A stretch of DNA of 64,000 nucleotides, taken from Pristiophorus japonicus. Lineage: Eukaryota. The notes under the pieces are model-generated. The model did no database searches and had not been told where the DNA came from. It worked only from the letters and a program-made list of their open reading frames with translations. Location: assembly GCF_044704955.1 (NCBI RefSeq), contig NC_092000.1, forward strand, positions 4,650,001 through 4,714,000, in the 5' to 3' direction. Each line of letters starts with the position of its first letter. The stretch's first letter is position 1. Shown in pieces: positions 50,958 through 61,296 of the stretch. The translations under genes and the position numbers were made by a program.

Positions 50958-51694
50958 CTAGAGAGAGAGAGAGAGAGACACAGCACCCACCCGGTCAACA
51001 CCTTTGCTCCAGAACCTCGGATTACATCCTCACCCCTGGAACCAGCGTCAGTTAACAGCTTCGCACAGAGTCCCCGCAATAAGCTGGGGCTGCAGGACCA
51101 GCCTTTGGCTCAGAGCTACCACTCCCGCCGCAGAGACAGAAGGTGGTGGGTTCGATACTCGCTCCGGACAGTCCCGTCGGCCGGAGATCCGGCTTGGAAT
51201 TCTGGGTCGACCTCCCGCGGGATCCTCGTGTCCGGTGCGGTGACCCTCCCTCTCTCTCATTGCATGGGCTGTGGGAGCCCAGAGCCCACCCACCCATCGA
51301 CTGGGATAAAGATGGTCACGGCCATGGAAGGAGTCAGACCGCGAACCAGCCCATGAATCCTCCCGCTGCTTCTCCGAGGGGAGAGCGTGACGATACAGAC
51401 CCACTCTGGCTACAGCTTCTGCTCCTGTCGTTCAGACTCACAACTCACGCATCTCAACACACAACAGCATTTCTTGCAGTACGGCGGGGTACGGGAGTGG
51501 GTACGTGGAGAGTCAGGGTGTGGACCTTCCGGTCGGCCCTGACCTCCCCCGGCCCCCACCCCCGGCTCAGCCTTGCCCCCCACCCTCCCCGGGCCCAGTC
51601 CTGAACCACTCCCCCAGCCCTCCGTCCCTCCGTCCCCCCATCCCCTCCCCTGACCACCCCCTTCCCAGGTGCTCATTCCCAGCGGGAATCTTAC

Positions 51695-51814
51695 CCGGCT
51701 CTGGCCCTCGCCTTCGGTCCCCAGTTGGCTTCCGGGTTTTCCTGGAATCGCTTCAGCCCTTGCTTCCTTGATTTGGGATTTGCATCTTCCCGGATATCGA
51801 AGCAAGCCTGCAGA
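51695..51814 (-). CDS. TRMT1: TRMT1 exon
   Basis: tctcag|[42 protein letters not shown]|gtaaga; conserved FQxNPExNWGP. Confidence 0.95.
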
Positions 51815-51819
51815 CTGAG

Positions 51820-53419
51820 AGAACATAAGAATTAGGAACAGGAGTAGGCCATCTAGCCCCTCGAGCCTGCTCCGCCATTCAACAAGATCATGGCTGATCT
51901 GGCCGTGGACTCAGCTCCACTTACCCGCCCGCTCCCCGTAACCCTTAATTCCCTTATTGGTTAAAAATCTATCTATCTGTGATTTGAATACATTCAATGA
52001 GCTAGCCTCAACTGCTTCCCTGGGCAGAGAATTCCACAGATTCACAACCCTCTGGGAGAAGAAATTCCTTCTCAACTCGGTTTTAAATTGGCTCCCCCGT
52101 ATTTTGAGGCTGTGCCCCCTAGTTCCAGTCTCCCCGACCAGTGGAAACAACCTCTCTGCCTCTATCTTGTCTATCCCTTTCATTATTTTAAATGTTTCTA
52201 TTAGATCACCCCTCATCCTTCTGAACTCCAACGAGTAAAGACCCAGTCTACTCAATCTATCATCATAAGGTAACCCCCGCATCTCCGGAATCAGCCTAGT
52301 GAATCGTCTCTGTACCCCCTCCAAGGCTAGTATATCCTTCCTTAAGTAAGGTGACCAAAACTGCACGCAGTACTCCAGGTGCGGCCTTACCAATACCCGA
52401 TACAGTTGCAGCAGGACCTCCCTGCTTTTGTACCCCATCCCTCTCGCAATGAAGGCCAACATTCCATTCGCCTTCCTGATTACCTGCTGCACCTGCAAAC
52501 TAATTTTTTGGGATTCATGCACAAGGGTGTCCTTGGAGATGGAGCACGCGGTGTCCACCGGTACGCTCGCGGCCTTCCGCGAGGTGGGCACCGGAGGGAC
52601 TAGAGTGCATCATCACGCCCGGCAACCAAATTTTAAATTTGATTTTATGTTTTTAAGTTAATTTGTTTTAATTGCCGGTGCTTTTAGTGACCCCCTCCCC
52701 TTTTATAGGGGGCACTTGGAGAAAAAATATGTTTTTGTGCCCAAAAAAACCACAAAAAAATAAAAGGGCCTGTAAATGTTTGGTGTTTCCCCCAGATCGG
52801 GGGGGGCACGGTTTAATGTTTTTTGTTTACTCCCAAAAAAAGAGAGTGTTTCATGCACAAGGACCCCCAGGTCCCTCTGCACCGCAGCATGTTGTAATTT
52901 CTCCCCATTCAAATACTATTCCCTTTTACTGTTTTTTTTTCCCCCAAGGTGGATGACCTCACACTTTCCGACATTGTATTCCATCTGCCAAACCTTAGCC
53001 CATTCGCTTAACCTATCTAAATCTCTTTGCAGCCTCTCTGTGTCCTCTACACAACCCGCTTTCCCACTAATCTTTGTCTCATCTGCAAATTTTGTTACAC
53101 TACACTCTGTCCCCTCTTCCAGGTCATCTATGTATATTGTAAACAGTTGTGGTCCCAGCACTGATCCCTGTGGCACACCACTAACCACCGATTTCCAACC
53201 CGAAAAAGACCCATTTATCCCGACTCTCTGCTTTCTGTTAGCATGGATAGAGAATTGGCTGGCTAATACATTTCCTCTGACTCCGCGTACCTTTATCTTC
53301 TGCAGTAACCTTTTGGAAATCTAAATACACCACATCCATCGGTGCACCTCTATCCACCATGCTCGTTATATCCTCAAAGAATTCCAGTAAATTAGTTAAA
53401 CATGATTTTCCTTTCATGA
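51820..53419 (-). mobile_element. CR1 LINE, 5'-truncated, abutting the TRMT1 acceptor
   Basis: ORFs 51911-52591 and 52916-53188 encode RT; the tail ttcttatgttct ends 5 nt before the exon. Confidence 0.92.
52527..52849 (+). mobile_element. Tx1-like LINE 3' fragment inserted in CR1, 13-bp TSD
   Basis: TTCATGCACAAGG at 52514-52526 and 52850-52862; VSLEMEHAVSTGTLAAFRE; A-rich tail. Confidence 0.8.
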
Positions 53420-53727
53420 CGCAAGGTTGGTGTAAAAACCAGTTCGAATGGGAGAGGCTTACATTGCGAGAAATACAACAGACTCATTCTGAAAAGATCG
53501 GACGCAGGGAGGAATCGTCGCGCCTAGAAATCCAAAAGAAATCTCCAGCCTTCACTTGGTGAAACGAGCTTGAAACAGCCACACACAACTCGGCCTCCGT
53601 CAGGGTGGGAGCAGAATTATTACAGCACTCCAGGGCTACAGAGGAATCGCACGACCGAAGTCCATCGAATTCACCTTTTCAGATCAGCCGTGATCTCATT
53701 GAATGGCGGAGCAGGCTTGAGGGGCCG

Positions 53728-54372
53728 TGTGGAAATGTATTTTTATCTAAGCTGATACCATACGGTATTTGTGTGCCTTTTGATTAAAATGGAGTCCTGG
53801 CCCTTCCAGAACTTTCTGCATTTTAGCAGCCAGCTTATTATGAACAGCTAAACCTGCTGTTAGATGGCTGATGGTTATCAGACAGCTAGGAGACAAGTCA
53901 TGCTGAGACAAGTAACCCCCCATGGTGCTCTCCTATTGTCTACACTACAGGAGTTCCATGTCACCCCACCCTTATCTTCTAGCCATTATCTCTTTCCTTT
54001 ACCTCATCCATTTGAAGCAAACAGGTAAACTGACCAGGAAATAGCCCATTACCTATGACTCATGGAGTAATGGCCGTTTGGCTTTCTGATAACCCTGACA
54101 AAAGGGAATATCTTGACACCATTTCAGTCCAGGATATAGTAATTAACTCTTTATCTGTATTCACTGACTGTGAGACAGAGCAATACACAGGGAGAGGCCA
54201 GAACTTGGGTTTTACTGTATAAATATCTTGTGAAGCTGTACCATTGCGGAGGTTTCATTTTAGCCCTTGACTGAGTGAAACTTACCCCTTGCGAGCAAGT
54301 AAATTAAAAGGGAAACTTCCATCGGAGCTGTAAGTGTCGGAGTCATTCTTTTCTGAGGTCGAGATTTCGACA
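53728..54372 (+). repeat. ERV 5' LTR
   Basis: Terminal IR tgtggaaat/atttcgaca; AP-1 TGACTCA 54056-54062; TATAAAT 54218-54224; ATTAAA 54303-54308. Confidence 0.96.
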
Positions 54373-54377
54373 GTTAT

Positions 54378-54395
54378 TGGAGGTTCCACCGAGAT
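54378..54395 (+). promoter_or_regulatory. ERV primer-binding site, tRNA-Gln
   Basis: TGGAGGTTCCACCGAGAT is the reverse complement of the vertebrate tRNA-Gln(CTG) 3' 18 nt ATCTCGGTGGAACCTCCA. Confidence 0.9.
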
Positions 54396-55354
54396 GCATA
54401 CTCTCTGTTCTGTGAGTAAAACGGATACAGGCATAGTGCCTCTCCAGTGAAAGGCTTCGGTGGCCAAACAAGGTGAGCCTTTGCTCACAAGAGGTTTCTT
54501 CACTGTTGAATCGCAGATGTAATCTGTTGTCCACAGCTGAGGTACTGCATCTACAAGACTCGGCATTTAAAAGTTAAAGGTATTTTTTTTATAACCATTT
54601 CTTTCTCAGCTCACCAGCAGAAGAGAACAGGTTCTGGAAAAAAATCTCGAGACAGCCCGGGGAAGGTTTCAGTAGGTAAAAGAAAGCGCTAGTCGATCGA
54701 AAAGGGTTCCAGGTTCTTATATGATAAGATTTTTATTGTTTTTAATTCGGAAGGGGTTCTTATGTGATAAGACTATTAAAAGAAAAGAAAAAAAAAAGAA
54801 AGCGCTAATAATCGATCGAAGGTTCTTATGTGATAAGATTTTTATTGTTTTTAATTCGGAAGGGGTTCTTTTGTGATAAGACTATTAAAAAGAAAAAGAG
54901 CGCAATCGATCAAAGAGTTTGGGTACGGAACCTTAAGTTTTATCAGCTGTTATTAGGATAAGTTAAGGACTCGGTCTGTAGTGGCGTACAACGCAGACTG
55001 AGAATTTGTTTAGAGGTTATGATTTGTGTACTCACGGGAATATTGTTTGTTGTCCTTGTATTACTGTTGTGTGCAATACCTTTGTGAGTCATTGCCATTA
55101 GAGAAACGGGAAGAGTCACTAGGGAAAATTGTGATTCGAAAAAAAAAAAAACACAAGGATTGATTAGGAAAAGAAACAGTGACTGATTGATCAACTACGG
55201 TTGGTTCGTGCCAACATATCTCACACACCCAGACTGAGCCCGAATTAAGAGCCTTTTCAGGCCACGTAACAGCCAGGAGAAGTGGGCGTAGAGAACTCGG
55301 TTGGCCGAAAGGATTGTGAGATCAGAAACTGTGGGAAAATCTTAATCATCCAGA

Positions 55355-55625
55355 ATGGGTGCCGGAGCAAGTTAAAACACCACAAAAGGCACACCAGCCT
55401 ATGTCTTGCTCCAGAATTGTGGTCAGTCTTCAATTGACCAAAGAAACAAAAACCAGTAAAGTGGACTAAGGGTGAAAACAGGCCATTTCCACCCGATGGT
55501 TCATTTAATTTAGAGAGAACAACTTGTCTAGAGGAATGTCTTATAAACAGAGATCCAGGTAAAAAAAAAAAGGAAAGTAATAGAAAAGGCCTGGGTTCCG
55601 ATTCTTCAAACCCATGTAAAATTAA
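55355..55625 (+). pseudogene. gag: ERV gag (matrix) relic
   Basis: MGAGAS* myristoylation-type start, then GTPAYVLL and, after a frameshift, KWTKGENRPFPPDGSFNL; stops and poly-A expansions. Confidence 0.65.
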
Positions 55626-56346
55626 CAGAGGAAGTAAATCAAATGTAAAAAAAAAAAAGAGAACCTGATAGTGACTTATGAAAAAAAAATGAAGCTAGTA
55701 AAAGAAAAAGCTTTATTGAATGGAGAGAGACTTGTGAATGTCTTGTCTTTGAATGAGAGTGCGTGAATGTCTTGTCTTTGAATGAGAGTGCTTCTGTCTT
55801 TTTTCCTTGTGTCTGGAAACCTGTTTGGAAAAGTTGTGGAGCTGCCTGTTTGTTTTAGCTCCACCCACTTTTTCAAACAAAGTGAAGTTTTTTTAACCCT
55901 TCATAGTGTTGTCCTGTATGTGGGAAGTTTAAGACATTTTAAGTTAGAAGCGCAGGTGTGGATTTATTCGGATGAGAGGTTACAGAGCTAGGAAATGCAC
56001 AAAGGGATAGGTTTGTTGAGACATGGTCTCGGTGGTTAAAAGTTGTAATGTTTTTTTTTTAAAAAGCCTTTGTGGGTCTCTCGAGGTGCAGGCTGGGGGA
56101 GTACACTCTCATTGTCCTTGGTGTAAATTCTTGGTACAAAAGCTTCTAGCTCAGTAAGAGGATTTTTTTTTGATAAAGAGTGGCAGTAAAACAGTTGAAT
56201 TGGGATTTTGAGATATTTCAGGTGATCTCCTTGATCAACATTTTGAGTGTATTGGAAAAATCTTGGGTTTGGAGGCCTTTTAATAAGATTAGAAAACAAG
56301 TACTTTACATTCTGTGATCTGTGAATCACTATAAGCATAAATGAGA

Positions 56347-56689
56347 AGTCCGTGTAACACACAGATTTGTCCAGTTCAGAAGCCCACATAAATGGAGGTT
56401 TGTCCATGACCTACGAGCTGTGAATGAATCTACTATATTCTCACAATGCTTAAAGGATGTGGAATGAAGTATCCCGGAATGCTTTCCAGAACCTTAAGCA
56501 GTCCCTCACTTCAGCACCAGCCTTGGGATTACCAGATTACACTAAGCTATTCAACTTATTTGTGCATCACAAGTCGGGTTTTGCACAATCTGTTTTGACT
56601 CAGTTACATGGGGACAGGCAGCGACCGGTAGCGTATTTCAGTACCCAACTAGACCCAGTGGCACCGGACTACCAGGATGTCTTCCTTCA
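56347..56689 (+). pseudogene. pol: ERV RT relic: N-terminal motifs fused to thumb/connection, catalytic core deleted
   Basis: SPCNTQICPVQKP / KWRFVHDLRAVNE followed almost directly by WNE..AFQNLKQSLTSAPALGLPDY..RPVAYFS; no YxDD. Confidence 0.8.
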
Positions 56690-58684
56690 TTGGCAGCAGC
56701 TTATTATGCTATGCAACAGGCTCAGACAATAACTCTAAATCATCAGACCATTTTATATATCCCACACTCTGTCGAGATTTTACTTACTAAATGTGCCACC
56801 CAACACCTAACCTCCGCAAGAACCACTAAATACGAGGTCGAACTGTTATCAAATCCGAACCTTGTCATCAAAAGATGTACTACCTTAAATCCAGCCACTC
56901 TACTCCCCACGGAAGACGACGGCGAACCCCATTCATGTGAAATGGTAACCGAATTAGTGACTAAACCACGTATCAATCTAACAGATGTACCAATGTGTAA
57001 CCCTGATCTAGTGTACTATGTTGTCGGATCAGCCTTACGAAATGATAGGGGCCAACCTAGAGCGGCTTATGCAATTGTAACTCAGTTTAATGTTGTCGAA
57101 ACAGCCTCTCTTCCAGACTCCTTTTCAGCCCAACAAGCCGAATTGTTTGCGTTAACTCGAGCCTGTATTCTGGCTGAAGGACACACAGTTAATATCTACA
57201 CTGACTCCAGGTATGCTTTTGGGGTATCACATGACTATGGACAAATTTGGAAGATTCGCGGGTACCTGACTTCTTCAGGAACCCCTATCAAAAATGCAGA
57301 ACAAGTGGAAAATCTCCTGCGAGCCATTCAATGCCCCTTAAAACTTGCCATTATCAAATGCCAGGCACATACAGGCCAGTCGAATGAGGTGGCACTTGGG
57401 AATGCCAGAGCTGATAATGCAGCTAAGTCAGCAGCTCTGTCGAAAGGGGGGATGCAGGTGTCATTGTTCCCACTAAGGAAAAATAATTGCTCAGACCCGC
57501 CACCCACTATTAATGACGTGCTGGCCTTTCAGACACAGGCCAGTACGGAGGAGGTGGTGACCTGGACGAAGGATCAATGTTATAAAAATCCAGAAGGAAT
57601 ATGGGTTCACCATGACGGCCGCGTGGTGGCCCCTAGATCCTTACTTCCATGGATTGCCCGATGTGTTCATACATTCACACATGCAGGCAAAGGGGGATTG
57701 GCAGATTATATTTTGGCAACTTGGTATGCACCAGGTATTTCGGCAATTGCAAAACAAATCTGTGAAAATTGTGTTACCTGTCAGACAATGAATCCGGGTA
57801 AGACGGAAAAAGTAGAATCTGCCTCCCACCCAAATCCAGTCGGGCCTTTTGTACATTTACAAATGGATTTTATTGAATTACCTATGTGTATGGGATTCAA
57901 GTATGTATTAGTTATTGTAGATGTGTTCTCTAGATGGATTGAAGCCTTTCCATGTAAAAAGGCCGATGCCACTACTGTTGCTAAATGTTTGTTAAAAGAA
58001 ATTGTACCGCGCTTCGGAATCCCTGCTAAGCTTTCCAGTGATAACGGGTCACATTTCACGGGAACTGTCATAAGAGAAATGTGTAAAGCTTTACAGATTA
58101 ATCAACGTTTTCATTGCAGTTATCATCCACAATCAGCTGGACTTGTTGAAAGATATAATGGAATGCTTAAAAATAAGCTGGCAAAACTATGCAATGACAC
58201 TGGACTGAAATGGACAGAACTGCTGCCCTTAGCTTTGATGGTAATGCGATCTGCAACCAACAGAACAACAGGCTTGTCACCACATGAGATAGTTATGGGA
58301 CGTCCCCAACGACTACCTTTTACAGCACCATTTACTGCAAAACAGATGGACATCCACAAAATGGAGGAAAATATGTTGAATTATTGTATTGCACTAACCA
58401 AATGTATTTCCAGCTTTCATTCACAGGTAAAGGAAGCCCAAGTCAAGCCAGCGGAAGGGAAGTGTCATAACCTGGAGCCAGGGGAATTCGTTTACATCAA
58501 GATTTTTAAAAGGAAAAGCAATCTACAGCCAAGATTCAAAGGACCATACCAGGTCTTGCTGTCGACCAATACTGCAATCAAGGTAAAGGAAAGACCAACA
58601 TGGATCCACGCATCCCATTGCAAACGGGCACCCGACCAGGAGGAAGGGACGAAGGAATCAGAGGAACAGAAAAAGGAAGACTGA
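56690..58684 (+). CDS. pol: ERV pol 3' open frame: connection, RNase H, integrase (664 codons; first ATG 56711)
   Basis: SAQQAEL, IYTDSRYAF, GNARAD; IN HTFTH..CVTC, QMDF, SDNG, GLVER, GPY module. Confidence 0.9.
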   Translation: MAAAYYAMQQAQTITLNHQTILYIPHSVEILLTKCATQHLTSARTTKYEVELLSNPNLVIKRCTTLNPATLLPTEDDGEPHSCEMVTELVTKPRINLTDVPMCNPDLVYYVVGSALRNDRGQPRAAYAIVTQFNVVETASLPDSFSAQQAELFALTRACILAEGHTVNIYTDSRYAFGVSHDYGQIWKIRGYLTSSGTPIKNAEQVENLLRAIQCPLKLAIIKCQAHTGQSNEVALGNARADNAAKSAALSKGGMQVSLFPLRKNNCSDPPPTINDVLAFQTQASTEEVVTWTKDQCYKNPEGIWVHHDGRVVAPRSLLPWIARCVHTFTHAGKGGLADYILATWYAPGISAIAKQICENCVTCQTMNPGKTEKVESASHPNPVGPFVHLQMDFIELPMCMGFKYVLVIVDVFSRWIEAFPCKKADATTVAKCLLKEIVPRFGIPAKLSSDNGSHFTGTVIREMCKALQINQRFHCSYHPQSAGLVERYNGMLKNKLAKLCNDTGLKWTELLPLALMVMRSATNRTTGLSPHEIVMGRPQRLPFTAPFTAKQMDIHKMEENMLNYCIALTKCISSFHSQVKEAQVKPAEGKCHNLEPGEFVYIKIFKRKSNLQPRFKGPYQVLLSTNTAIKVKERPTWIHASHCKRAPDQEEGTKESEEQKKED

Positions 58685-59244
58685 ATAAAGAACTTTATGG
58701 ACTATGGGGACTGATGGTGCTGGGCTTGACAGGGTTTTACTTCGCATTATTGATTACACCAGGGGTACAGACCCACCACCGAAGGGAATTGCACGTAAAC
58801 GTATTTATGGCACTGAGTCATAGGTATGCTCAAGAAAGAAACTTGTCGAGTTGCTGGATATGTTCCCATGTACCTGTCCACTCCAGGGGGGGTATTCCCC
58901 TGAGATCTGTCCCCTTTAACGAATCAGAAATGGTAGAATGGTTGACAGTGCAAAACAGGACAAAACTAACTAAGGGGCCAGAAACAAAGGAGCAAACAGA
59001 ATGGAGGTCGACAGGGTATAAACTTACAGCCTTCCAGGGATGGTACCAGCCCAATTATGATAATAACCATCAGCCTCCCTTCCTAAGCATTACTCCCAGA
59101 ATAGGAAATCCTGAGGGTATAATATGCCTAGTGAGTAATGAAACTAAAAGAAATGGAAATGGAGAGACTGTACAAGATCAGAATGGATTGAGTTGTCCTT
59201 GTGAAGGACAAAATGGGGGAATGTGGAAATGTATTTTTATCTAA
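58600..59244 (+). CDS. env: ERV env, truncated (signal peptide plus SU N-terminus; no TM)
   Basis: Overlaps the pol end; hydrophobic GLWGLMVLGLTGFYFALLI; NLSSCWIC CxxC motif; N-glycosylation sequons; runs through the PPT into the 3' LTR. Confidence 0.8.
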   Translation: MDPRIPLQTGTRPGGRDEGIRGTEKGRLNKELYGLWGLMVLGLTGFYFALLITPGVQTHHRRELHVNVFMALSHRYAQERNLSSCWICSHVPVHSRGGIPLRSVPFNESEMVEWLTVQNRTKLTKGPETKEQTEWRSTGYKLTAFQGWYQPNYDNNHQPPFLSITPRIGNPEGIICLVSNETKRNGNGETVQDQNGLSCPCEGQNGGMWKCIFI

Positions 59245-59866
59245 GCTGATACCATACGGTATTTGTGTGCCTTTTGATTAAAATGGAGTCCTGGCCCTTC
59301 CAGAACTTTCTGCATTTTAGCAGCCAGCTTATTATGAACAGCTAAACCTGCTGTTAGATGGCTGATGGTTATCAGACAGCTAGGAGACAAGTCATGCTGA
59401 GACAAGTAACCCCCCATGGTGCTCTCCTATTGTCTACACTACAGGAGTTCCATGTCACCCCACCCTTATCTTCTAGCCATTATCTCTTTCCTTTACCTCA
59501 TCCATTTGAAGCAAACAGGTAAACTGACCAGGAAATAGCCCATTACCTATGACTCATGGAGTAATGGCCGTTTGGCTTTCTGATAACCCTGACAAAAGGG
59601 AATATCTTGACACCATTTCAGTCCAGGATATAGTAATTAACTCTTTATCTGTATTCACTGACTGTGAGACAGAGCAATACACAGGGAGAGGCCAGAACTT
59701 GGGTTTTACTGTATAAATATCTTGTGAAGCTGTACCATTGCGGAGGTTTCATTTTAGCCCTTGACTGAGTGAAACTTACCCCTTGCGAGCAAGTAAATTA
59801 AAAGGGAAACTTCCATCGGAGCTGTAAGTGTCGGAGTCATTCTTTTCTGAGGTCGAGATTTCGACA
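59222..59866 (+). repeat. ERV 3' LTR
   Basis: No differences from the 5' LTR seen by eye; preceded by PPT-like aaaatgggggaa. Confidence 0.96.
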
Positions 59867-59985
59867 GCCGAATGGCCGACTCCTGCTCCTATTTCTTATG
59901 TTCTCATCCTGGGGGGGGGTCACATGATCCAACGATAATGGGGTTGTCGACCAATCCCAGCAATCAATCTCGATCAGTGAGTGTA

Positions 59986-60992
59986 CATAAGAAATAGGAG
60001 CAGGAGTCGGCCATTCGGCCCCTCGAGCCTGCTCCGCCATTCAATAAGATCATAGACTCAGGTCCACTTCCCCACCCGCTCCCCATAACCCCTTATTCCC
60101 TTATCGTTTAAGAAACTGTCTATTTCTGTCTTAAATTTATTCAATGACCCAGCTTCCACAGCTCTCTGAGGCAGCGAATTCCACAGATTTACAACTCTCA
60201 GAGAAAAAATTTCTCATCTCAGTTTTAAATGGGCGGCCCCTTATTCTAAGATTATGCCCTCTAGTTCTAGTCTTCCCCATCAGTGGAAACATCCTCTCTG
60301 CATCCACCTTGTCAAGCCCCCTCATAATCTTATACGTCTTGATAAGATCACCTCTCATTCTTCTGAATTCCAATAAATAGAGGCCCAACCTACTCAATCT
60401 TTCTCATAAATCAACCTCGTGAACCTTCTCAACTGCCTCCAAAGCAAGTATATCCTTTTGTAAATATGGAAACCAAAACTGCACGCAGTACTCCAGGTGT
60501 GGCCTCACCAATACCCTGTATAGCTGGAGCAAGACTTCCCTGCTTTTATACTCCATCCTCTTTGCAACAAAGGCCAAGATTCCATTGGCCTTCCTGATCA
60601 CTTGCTATACCTGCATACTATCCTTTTGTGTTTTATGCACAAGTACCCCCAGGTCCCGCTGCAATCTTTCTCCATTTAAATAATAACCTGCTCTTTGATT
60701 TTTTTCTGCCAAAGTGCATCATGACCTCACACTTTCCAACATTATACTCCATCTGCCAAATCTTTGCGCACTCACTTTGCCTGTCTATGTCCTTTTGCAG
60801 ACTTTTTGTGTCCTCCTCACACATTGCTTTTCCTCCCATTTTTGTATCGTCAGCAAACTTGGCTACGTTACACTCAGTCCCTTCTTCCAAGTCATTACTA
60901 TAGATTGTAAATAGTTGGGGTCCCAGCACTGATCCCTGTGGCACCTCACTAGTTACTGATTGCCAACCCGAGAACGAACCATTTATCCCGAC
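59986..60992 (-). mobile_element. CR1 LINE 3' fragment
   Basis: ORFs 60137-60397, 60404-60601 and 60633-61040. Confidence 0.9.
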
Positions 60993-61296
60993 AACAGACC
61001 CAGACATGAAGCTCACGTTACTCAGATACTGGAGTGCCAAGTGCTGTTCTCTGATGGAATTCTATCCAATATACATTTCAATCAATCAACACAAACTGCT
61101 CCCACCATCTCCCTCGGGAGGCTGGTCCATAGACTCCCAACTTGTGCAAAGCACACTGGCCCAGCCCCAGCTGTGGGATCGTGTACTATTCTGCCAATTG
61201 GAGTACAGACACCTGGCATTAGCGAGGGTATGGCTGAAGGGCTTTTTATCCCAGGCCAGACCCGTGAGCTCTGATTAGAGGTGATGGAAGAAGCTG

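Larger units (their letters stand above)
53728..59866 (+). mobile_element. Endogenous retrovirus (class I, gamma/epsilon-like), internally deleted, 6139 bp
   Basis: LTRs 53728-54372 and 59222-59866 (TG..CA, 645 bp each); TSD GCCG 53724-53727 and 59867-59870; PBS, PPT; gag/RT relics, RNaseH-IN, env. Confidence 0.96.

Noticed and set aside
51163-51225. Cluster of restriction sites (TCCGGA, GAATTC, GTCGAC, CCGCGG, GGATCC) in polylinker-like order
   Set aside because: The intervening bases do not match a vector polylinker I can recall, and the segment follows a SINE-like head in continuous intronic sequence. Probably chance; a UniVec search would settle it.
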